A stretch of DNA of 41,982 nucleotides from a virus (lineage: Duplodnaviria; Caudoviricetes), in the IMG/VR virus record IMGVR_UViG_3300031954_000019, positions 1-41,982 of that record; one strand, 5' to 3'. The position numbers were made by a program, and so were the translations under genes. Under the pieces are notes generated by a model. It saw only the letters and a program-made list of their open reading frames with translations, did not search any database and was not told where the DNA came from. This document shows positions 35,421 to 41,982 of this stretch, piece after piece; position 1 is the first letter of the stretch; every line of letters begins with the position of its first letter.

Positions 35421-35810
35421 CTACTGAGGTCTACCCGGCGGGGCCGGGGCACCACCACCTCCCGGCGAAGGAGTTTGTGGGGCACCGGGACCGGCGGCTC
35501 CCGGTCCCGCGAGCGTCGCCAGCATACGCTTAAGTTCTGCCGGCGAGAACTCTTCCGAAACATCCTCATGGTCCCCGAAATGCTTAATCAGGCTAGCCAT
35601 GGTTTTCAATACGTAGTCGCCATCTTCGCTGGGCCCGAATTTCCCGCACGCGCGCATCAGAAGTTTGGTCGCGTGATAGACATCCAGCTTTGCAGCTTCC
35701 GTTTCGCCCTGCGGGGACTGTGGGGTCATCATTCCGGCGGCGGCGGGGGCGTTGCCGACATCTTGCGGTGTCGGTGTCTGTGCGCCCGCTGGCCTTGGAT
35801 CTTGCGGCAT
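35421..35810 (-). CDS. Pro/Gly-rich hypothetical head-module protein
   Basis: 129-aa ORF between portal and scaffold. Confidence 0.65.
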   Translation of the reverse strand: MPQDPRPAGAQTPTPQDVGNAPAAAGMMTPQSPQGETEAAKLDVYHATKLLMRACGKFGPSEDGDYVLKTMASLIKHFGDHEDVSEEFSPAELKRMLATLAGPGAAGPGAPQTPSPGGGGAPAPPGRPQ

Positions 35811-35852
35811 GGTTGGCGCGAAATCTGAACCTAATCAAGGATCCCTGTCAAG

Positions 35853-35879
35853 AAAAAGGGGGCGCCGGAGAACGCCCCC
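35853..35879 (-). terminator. Rho-independent terminator after portal and micropeptide
   Basis: GGGGGCG-TTCTCCGG-CGCCCCC-TTTTT on minus strand. Confidence 0.8.
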
Positions 35880-35888
35880 TCATTCCAG

Positions 35889-35927
35889 CTAGCGGTGCTT
35901 TCGACCGCGACGACCACGACGTGCCAT
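35889..35927 (-). CDS. 12-aa Arg-rich micropeptide MARRGRRGRKHR
   Basis: AGAGGAGACGCAC-ATG GCA CGT CGT GGT CGT CGC GGT CGA AAG CAC CGC TAG, then terminator. Confidence 0.65.
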   Translation of the reverse strand: MARRGRRGRKHR

Positions 35928-35965
35928 GTGCGTCTCCTCTCTATCAACGTGCCCTTATGCCGTCG

Positions 35966-37729
35966 CTATTGCGGGGGCATCTCCCCGCCGCGTTGTGGCG
36001 CACCTTGAGGAGGAGCGCCTTGACCATTGGCCGGCTGTCGGCCCTTAGTCGCTTTGAGCATCTCAATTTGATGCTCCTGTTGCGCGGCTTTGGCCTTGGC
36101 CGGCTCAATGTCTTCCTTCAACCGTTTCTTTAGCAAGTCCCGCTGCGGGATGTCAAGTAGTTCAAGTGCCGATTCAGGATTGATGACCTGCCGGTCAAGC
36201 AGCGCGAACACGCGCGCCTCGTGATTCTCGATGAAGATCGGCGAATTCGAATGCCCGTCGACCTTCGCCTCAAAGTCTTCCGGAAACTGATGGGGGAAGA
36301 ACCTCACTCCATCAGCCTTGTCCTCCCGGTACTGGCGTTTGTCGTATTTGCGCAGCAGCTTAACGATCAACGTCGCCACCTCATCCAGCGAATCTTCGAC
36401 GACAAGAGCGCGGTCCTTCGCGCGAGTCGAGCCCATCTGAGAGAGTAGCTGTGCGTGACCTTCACTCCTTACGCCGGGAGCGCCGCGCCCCTGATTTACC
36501 GCAGGCAGACCCGACATTTCGTTGAACATGTCGTCGATCGCTGAGACGTCCTTCCAGATGTCCGTCGGAATGGTAGGTTGCTCGACTTTGATCGCGGACG
36601 TCGCACCGTCGAGAGCCAGAATCCCGCTGGGGGTGTCGAGTGCCAGTTGCATCTCGTCAGGAATGCCACCCATAACACCTGTAACCCCGGTCGGTGGATG
36701 AGCCTGTTTGCGTAACAGATGGCGAATATCCTCGATGCGTTCATTGCGCATGTCCTGCAGCGGTATCAGTTTCTCCGTTTCTGAGTGTGCCCAGAAATAG
36801 TCATAGGCCGGATTCAGGCTGAACGGCACATATGGCAGGGTATTGGCGACGTATATCCTCTCGATAGGCCGGTCCCAGACTATTTCTGACGGTTGCATGA
36901 TCGTGACGACGCGATAATCGGATATCGAATCGTCATAGACATACAGCTCCTGCATCTCCACCAAGTCCTCACTCGTGATTGGCTTGTACATGGACTGCAG
37001 CGGCGTCGCCCACAGTGAGGCATTGCCGGTTATCGAGCCGCCAGTGATGTTCGTCACGATGAGTCGGTCGATCGGACCCGCATTGGTGCCGATGTCTTCC
37101 TGATGACCGGCCTGTGCTGCTGCCACGATCGCCGCCGCCCGGGGATGGCAGCCAGCCATCAATTCATTTTCCAGCTGCGACTTAGTGAGGTAGTACGTCT
37201 CGCAGAACGCTTCCTGCGCGTAGAGCCCTACCTTATCTTCGCGCAGTACGCCGACGTTATTCGGCTCGACCAGATGCGACTGCACGCATCCGTCGTCGTC
37301 CATTTCGCCGTTCGCTTGTTTGCGCCTCCATGCCTTCCACCGCAGCTTGAGAAACATCATCCCGTAGCAGCCGGCCCAGCGCAGAGCGTTGCGCACGTGC
37401 TGGTCGATCGTGTTGTCATGCCACTGCTGGTGAAGCTCATCCTGCATGGGCACGATCTTGTTCGTCTCATCGAAATTAACCGACGGGCCGAATCTCAGAG
37501 TAAAGCGCGTCGTTTCCGGCGAGAACATGAACGACGTCAGCTGGTCTATGTGCGGGTAAATCTTGTTGTATCTGGGCCCGTTCGAAAGCCCGTATTCCAT
37601 CGTGCCAAAGAGGTAATAGGCACGCATCGTCTTGTAGAACTGCCGGCGCGATTCACGGCTGGCGTAGCACTTGACGATCAAGTCCTGATAGAACTGGAAG
37701 CGTTCCATAGGACTCGTGGGAATTTTCAT
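35966..37729 (-). CDS. portal protein
   Basis: 587 aa downstream of terminase; YNKIYPHID, YFWAHSE..KLIPLQ, SGLPAVNQGRGAPGVRS. Confidence 0.85.
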   Translation of the reverse strand: MKIPTSPMERFQFYQDLIVKCYASRESRRQFYKTMRAYYLFGTMEYGLSNGPRYNKIYPHIDQLTSFMFSPETTRFTLRFGPSVNFDETNKIVPMQDELHQQWHDNTIDQHVRNALRWAGCYGMMFLKLRWKAWRRKQANGEMDDDGCVQSHLVEPNNVGVLREDKVGLYAQEAFCETYYLTKSQLENELMAGCHPRAAAIVAAAQAGHQEDIGTNAGPIDRLIVTNITGGSITGNASLWATPLQSMYKPITSEDLVEMQELYVYDDSISDYRVVTIMQPSEIVWDRPIERIYVANTLPYVPFSLNPAYDYFWAHSETEKLIPLQDMRNERIEDIRHLLRKQAHPPTGVTGVMGGIPDEMQLALDTPSGILALDGATSAIKVEQPTIPTDIWKDVSAIDDMFNEMSGLPAVNQGRGAPGVRSEGHAQLLSQMGSTRAKDRALVVEDSLDEVATLIVKLLRKYDKRQYREDKADGVRFFPHQFPEDFEAKVDGHSNSPIFIENHEARVFALLDRQVINPESALELLDIPQRDLLKKRLKEDIEPAKAKAAQQEHQIEMLKATKGRQPANGQGAPPQGAPQRGGEMPPQ

Positions 37730-38193
37730 TTCGGCTTCACCATCCGCGTATTGTTTCGGAGAGCAGCCGACGCGCCGTCGCGGATCTGAGAGACGGGCAC
37801 CCCGCCGTCAACCACCTTGGCGGCTGACGGATTGAATACCGGCGCCGACTCCCCGCGCGCGGCCCAGCCCGGTTTAGGCGAAAACAGAGAGGGATTCCAG
37901 TACGCCTTGCTGTCCGGCCGGCCGACGATCTTGGTCCCGCCGGATTCGGTGCGCGTCGCGGACATGACCGACTGCCCGTCACGGTTACTCATGTCCGTCA
38001 TGCCGTAGTCGGCCGCTAGCTGGCGCGCCATGCCATCGAGCACGCGCGTCCCTCCCGAGCGGATGCCGGGAGGGGTGCGGAACTCCTGCACTACGAATTT
38101 CGGACTGCAGCCGGCGGGGCAATGGGGATGGTCGTCGGTCGCTTCGAATGCTAGGTCATGAGCCCAGCAGCGCCATTCCCGTAATACGCCCAT
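37726..38193 (-). CDS. hypothetical protein with Zn-ribbon-like N-terminus
   Basis: EWRCWAH...FE.....CPAGC; coupled to portal start. Confidence 0.65.
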   Translation of the reverse strand: MGVLREWRCWAHDLAFEATDDHPHCPAGCSPKFVVQEFRTPPGIRSGGTRVLDGMARQLAADYGMTDMSNRDGQSVMSATRTESGGTKIVGRPDSKAYWNPSLFSPKPGWAARGESAPVFNPSAAKVVDGGVPVSQIRDGASAALRNNTRMVKPK

Positions 38194-38208
38194 CCCCCTA
38201 AATTACCC

Positions 38209-38532
38209 TCAAGTCATCGCTACCGCCACATTCGTCGGAGGATTGGGCGCGGCGAGGGCCACCGTGACCGTCAGGGATACCACCGCGCTATCGGCGCTCG
38301 TGGCCGGCGGGGTTTGCGTATCGACCGCATTCAGCTTGAAGAGATACGTCCCTGAAGCTGTCAGCGGCTGGTCGAACATCTGTTGACCGGGAGCCGCGTG
38401 ACCGACATCGCTGTAAGTGTTGCCGTTGTCGGTCGACATCTGAACTTCGATAAACGCCAGTTCGCCCGGTTTCAGTGCTGACCCGTCTGTCCGCTGTGTC
38501 GGATCGACCCACGTGAGATGTGCAGTTGCCAT
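38209..38532 (-). CDS. fibronectin type III-like protein (in-frame upstream ATG at 38646)
   Basis: HLTWVDPTQRTDGS...GTYLFKLNAVDT...SADS...APNPPTNV; GGGGAG before ATG 38532. Confidence 0.7.
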   Translation of the reverse strand: MATAHLTWVDPTQRTDGSALKPGELAFIEVQMSTDNGNTYSDVGHAAPGQQMFDQPLTASGTYLFKLNAVDTQTPPATSADSAVVSLTVTVALAAPNPPTNVAVAMT

Positions 38533-38660
38533 GCGTATCACTCCCCTGAAGCGTGTTGGTGGCAGAGGAGGCTTTCTACGCTTCCTCTTGCCGTGAATAG
38601 TGATGGAGATTTCCTCCAATTCCCATTCTGATTCTAAATCACTCATAAGACAAACTCATG

Positions 38661-40484
38661 TTAGCGTTTCAAATTATATGCCTTGACGCCGGTATCCACT
38701 CGCGGCTTCTCTATATACCCTATCGCTTGCAAGTAGTTGCGCACGTTCCGGCCGAGAGGAGTCGCCGGAGGCGCCGTCAGTTTCGGGCGCTGCTCCGGCG
38801 GGACGTACACCACGTTCTGCTGAATCAGGCGCATGCGCAACTGATCGTTCCACGCCTTCACCGCCAGCGCTAATGACACGACGCGATCGTCGTGCGCGCC
38901 TTCCGGCGCTTCGATCGATCCGCCGTCGCGCACTACCGCCTTCATCTCATCCAGTAGGTATTTTGAGTGCGGGACGAAAATCCCACGTTCGAATACATCT
39001 TTCAGCGTACTCATATAGATGTCTTTGGTGCGCTGAGTGGTGAGGGTGTGAATGCCCATCGGCCGGCGATACAGGCTATCGATACGCACATCTAAAAACT
39101 GCTGCATCTTCCCAACCACGTCGCGCATCGTCTTCGCTTGCCCTTGAATAAGCGCTTTGCCAGCCATGCGTCGAAGATTGTCGATCTCTTGAATAACCGC
39201 TCCGCCGGGTCCGTTGACTTCAAGGTTGTAGACACAGGGTTGATAGCATCCGGCGAGGTAGACGACGACCCACGCGAACGTGTAAGGAGCGATGTCGACC
39301 GCGCAGAACTCGGCGACCTGCTCGATCCGGTTAGCGTAACAACGAAGAACGTTGATGCAGAACCGATCCGATGTATCGCTACTTCCATACGCGGGGTCGC
39401 CACCGAGTGCATAAAAACCTGCCTTGTCGGGCTCCTCCCAGACTCTCAGTGTCGCCAGCCGCTCCGGTACATCCTGCAGCGAAGTATCAGTAAACTCAGC
39501 GCCGATGAGAACTCTAAATGCCTGAGGCGTGGGGTCACGAAGCACACGTTTGTAATTCTCAGTGATGGCGGCGCCTGTGAAGAATCTACTTCCAGTAGCC
39601 ACAAAGGCTTCGTCTGGGAAGGTGGGGTATTCCGAAAGCAGAGCCATCTCATCGGTGACTTTTTCGGCTCGCATCCACCGGTACCACGCCATCTGCTCAT
39701 CATCGAGGTCAAAAGCGTACTCACGTTGAAGTCTCCGGACGGTCGCAATCTCTGACGCCGTCGGCTTTCCCTTCTCCCCCCAATACGTGCGCCAGATTTT
39801 CTTTCCCCGTGGCGCACGGTAGAACTCATTCGCCCACCAGCCAATGAATATCGCTCTTATCGTTACAGACGCTAGCGCCTCCTCCCACATGTCGTGATAG
39901 TGGTTGAAACCATTGGCGGTCGACTCCCAGTGGAACAGCCGCAACGGGTTATGCTCTGCCATTGAGGCTTTCAGTGAGTGAATCTGCTGGGGATCGCCCC
40001 AGAACGCCACCTCCGTCATGTGCCCGAATGACACGGCGGCCGAGCGGCCGAGTGTCCTCGTGCTCGTCTGCTTGAGGCCCGCCACCTTGTACTGCAGCAT
40101 CGAGCGGTTTTCCAGCACCAGCTGGTTGCGGTTGTGCTGCACGATGGGCTGCTTCCAGACATCGGGCAAGCCTTCGTAGTACAGCTCAAAGATCGCACGG
40201 AACTGCTCGCGCGCCGGTTCGTCGTGCGTGACCAGCGTCCCCGGCGTCCCGCCGTAGCGGAACAGCCAGTACATATCCAGCGCAAGCGAGAACGTGCTGC
40301 TGCCGATCTGCCGCGACTTCAGCGTCACGAACTCGTGACAGCCTTCCTCCATCCCGCGCACGATCTCATCGCGCAAGCGCTTCTGCGTGCCCAAGAGATT
40401 CGGACCCAGCGCGATCGTGCCACGCTCTTTCGTCTGGATCCGCAGTGCGTCGAGAAATTCCTGAAAGTGTTGGAAGTCGATCAT
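38661..40484 (-). CDS. terL: terminase large subunit
   Basis: LKSRQIGSST (Walker A), HMTEVAFW (Walker B), ESTANG, GGDPAYG and HDDRV nuclease motifs. Confidence 0.93.
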   Translation of the reverse strand: MIDFQHFQEFLDALRIQTKERGTIALGPNLLGTQKRLRDEIVRGMEEGCHEFVTLKSRQIGSSTFSLALDMYWLFRYGGTPGTLVTHDEPAREQFRAIFELYYEGLPDVWKQPIVQHNRNQLVLENRSMLQYKVAGLKQTSTRTLGRSAAVSFGHMTEVAFWGDPQQIHSLKASMAEHNPLRLFHWESTANGFNHYHDMWEEALASVTIRAIFIGWWANEFYRAPRGKKIWRTYWGEKGKPTASEIATVRRLQREYAFDLDDEQMAWYRWMRAEKVTDEMALLSEYPTFPDEAFVATGSRFFTGAAITENYKRVLRDPTPQAFRVLIGAEFTDTSLQDVPERLATLRVWEEPDKAGFYALGGDPAYGSSDTSDRFCINVLRCYANRIEQVAEFCAVDIAPYTFAWVVVYLAGCYQPCVYNLEVNGPGGAVIQEIDNLRRMAGKALIQGQAKTMRDVVGKMQQFLDVRIDSLYRRPMGIHTLTTQRTKDIYMSTLKDVFERGIFVPHSKYLLDEMKAVVRDGGSIEAPEGAHDDRVVSLALAVKAWNDQLRMRLIQQNVVYVPPEQRPKLTAPPATPLGRNVRNYLQAIGYIEKPRVDTGVKAYNLKR

Positions 40485-40525
40485 GTTAGATGTTAGGTGT
40501 TGGAAGTTAGGAGTTGTATGTTAGC
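40484..40525. repeat. Six tandem imperfect heptamers (consensus TGTTAGR)
   Basis: TGTTAGA TGTTAGG TGTTGGA AGTTAGG AGTTGTA TGTTAGC. Confidence 0.8.
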
Positions 40526-40542
40526 AACCACTGTGGTATAAT
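40514..40542 (+). promoter_or_regulatory. Strong sigma70 promoter with extended -10
   Basis: TTGTAT-17 bp-TATAAT with TGn immediately before the -10. Confidence 0.8.
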
Positions 40543-40582
40543 ACACACGTCGAGTAGTTCTTTAACAACCGGAGACACGACC

Positions 40583-40825
40583 GTGAAACGACCCAAACTG
40601 TCGAAAGAAGAACAGGCACGCCTTGAGAAATTGTCTGCCAAACTTCGCGCCAACGAAGCAGCAGTCAAGCGCACCAAGTCAAGACTTACCCGCGCTTTCA
40701 ATTCATGGCAACGCGCGGAATTGCAATTGGCTCGCACCGTTAAGGCTATCGAACGGCCACCACAGCCTCAGGATACCTCAGGAGGCACCCCGTTCGATGA
40801 CCAGTCTAAGCTGGCTCACCTCTGA
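40583..40825 (+). CDS. basic coiled-coil protein in an inverted moron-like unit
   Basis: GTG 40583 after GGAGACAC; own promoter and downstream hairpin. Confidence 0.75.
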   Translation: MKRPKLSKEEQARLEKLSAKLRANEAAVKRTKSRLTRAFNSWQRAELQLARTVKAIERPPQPQDTSGGTPFDDQSKLAHL

Positions 40826-40831
40826 GCTACC

Positions 40832-40858
40832 GGGGCCCATGGACGGGCCCCTCTCTTT
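40832..40858 (+). terminator. Probable terminator of the inverted unit
   Basis: GGGGCCC-ATGGAC-GGGCCCC-TCTCTTT. Confidence 0.6.
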
Positions 40859-41072
40859 ACCGTCTCCGGCGCGTCACCCACACCAGTCCACCGATCCCCA
40901 ACGCCAGCAGACCGAGCGTCCCCGGCTCCGGCACTCCCTTCGTGCACGGATCATCGGCATCGCAGTCGCCCACTCCGTGCTCGTGCGCCGGCCACTTGTC
41001 GTGGCGCTCGTACACGCTCGCTCCTACCGGCAGCGCCAGCAGGCCCATCAGTAACCACGTGCCCTTGCTCAT
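40857..41072 (-). CDS. 71-aa mini PEP-CTERM protein with signal peptide
   Basis: AGGAG RBS; MSKGTWLLMGLLALPVGA signal-like N-terminus; C-terminus VPEPGTLGLLALGIGGLVWVTRRRR. Confidence 0.88.
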   Translation of the reverse strand: MSKGTWLLMGLLALPVGASVYERHDKWPAHEHGVGDCDADDPCTKGVPEPGTLGLLALGIGGLVWVTRRRR

Positions 41073-41080
41073 GTCGACTC

Positions 41081-41982
41081 CTACGGTAGCAGGAACGGTG
41101 CCGCCGAATGTAGCACGGCCGGACTCATGCGCGTATGGGCGTAGACCGCGAGCCCGTTCGTCGTCAGATTGGACAGCCCGCTGAAGGTGCCCTGTGGATT
41201 GGTCATGCCACCAGAGCCACTGGCAAACGGGGTGTCGAACGCCCAATACCCGTAACCGACGCCGTAAGCCTCACACGATTGAATCACGTCCGTATGCGCG
41301 AGACTCGATGGTGTCGTGGCGCCCGTCGGGTTATAGCACCAGAATTCTTCGATGAAGAAACACAGCCCCGTCGCCTGCATGTTCGCGCAGGTAATGACCG
41401 GATTCGACCAGTCGAATACCGTCGCTGAATTAGCGGTGTAATTCCCCGCCGTCAGGCCCGTGCTGTTGAATGGGATCGTGACCGTCCAGTTCCCCGTGCC
41501 GCCGGTGAAATTCGAACTGATGACCGTGTACGTCCCGTTCATCGCCGCCCAGCCGGTGCCGGCAGCTCCCGACACCACTACCGCTACCTCTGGGAAAAAC
41601 CCGGTCGCTACATTCGGATTCCGGAACGGATGCGTCGTGTTGTTACTGCTGATGTGCAGCGTCGTCGTGGCACCCGTACCAACGCTCGATACCGGCGCCT
41701 GAAACGGCGTGCCGTAGTTGTAGGCGTGCCACGTGAATATGCAGTTCGCCTGCGGGTCACTGGCACTCAGCCCCGGAGCGCCGGCTATCACTCCACCGAT
41801 GTCATCCCCGAATGCCGTGGCGTCGATCACGATCGGACACAGCCAGCCGGCCGCTCGCAACGCACCGATCGCTCCACCTCCCAGCTTCCCGCCAGCTCCG
41901 CTCGATGTCCCCACCGACGCCGACGCCGTCACCGTCCACGCACCACTCGACCCGCCGGTACCTGAAATCAGCATCATCTGGT
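41081..41982 (-). CDS. C-terminal part of a glycoside hydrolase family 5-like protein with beta-domain insertion (5' end outside window)
   Basis: PIVIDA, DPQANCIFTWHAY, FFIEEF, GVGYGYWAF follow the order of GH5 strands 5-8; frame open to window edge. Confidence 0.6.
   Translation of the reverse strand, partial: QMMLISGTGGSSGAWTVTASASVGTSSGAGGKLGGGAIGALRAAGWLCPIVIDATAFGDDIGGVIAGAPGLSASDPQANCIFTWHAYNYGTPFQAPVSSVGTGATTTLHISSNNTTHPFRNPNVATGFFPEVAVVVSGAAGTGWAAMNGTYTVISSNFTGGTGNWTVTIPFNSTGLTAGNYTANSATVFDWSNPVITCANMQATGLCFFIEEFWCYNPTGATTPSSLAHTDVIQSCEAYGVGYGYWAFDTPFASGSGGMTNPQGTFSGLSNLTTNGLAVYAHTRMSPAVLHSAAPFLLP

Noticed and set aside
1-41982. Complete circular genome, terminal repeats, tRNA genes, reverse transcriptase/DGR, integrase
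   Set aside because: Ends share no repeat and do not join in frame; no cloverleaf, RT or tyrosine/serine recombinase motifs recognised by eye (tRNAscan-SE and HMM searches would be needed to be sure)

Overview
The window looks like a near-complete, podovirus-like tailed dsDNA phage genome; both ends fall inside minus-strand genes, so a piece is missing. Layout: (i) 1-1300, a largely non-coding control region with a 28-bp dif-like XerC/XerD site, five IHF-consensus sites, a 30-bp direct repeat and a 37-nt alternating purine-pyrimidine tract; (ii) 1366-4981 (+), small early genes (DUF932 protein, hypotheticals, a PEP-CTERM protein), most preceded by a shared GGAGACAC start motif and three by a conserved two-state RNA hairpin; (iii) 5034-9789 (-), replication genes (VapE-like helicase fused to a degenerate TOPRIM domain, Zn-finger, HTH, VRR-NUC, SF2 helicase); (iv) 9853-13549 (+), recombination (YqaJ exonuclease, RecT) and variable genes; (v) 13533-41982 (-), a long late operon: GH5-like protein, mini PEP-CTERM protein, large terminase, portal, a 12-aa Arg-rich peptide, scaffold, major capsid, adaptor/nozzle, three ejection-type proteins, Ser/Thr/Gly-rich fibres, a beta-helix spike, glycosyltransferase, methyltransferase, lytic transglycosylase and holin. 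I found no integrase, DNA polymerase, exosortase, small terminase, tRNA or CRISPR array. The most unusual signals are two phage-encoded exosortase substrates with no exosortase, the dif-like site in an integrase-less tailed phage, and the repeated stop-hairpin-switch-RBS cassettes. All family calls come from motif recognition by eye, not database searches.
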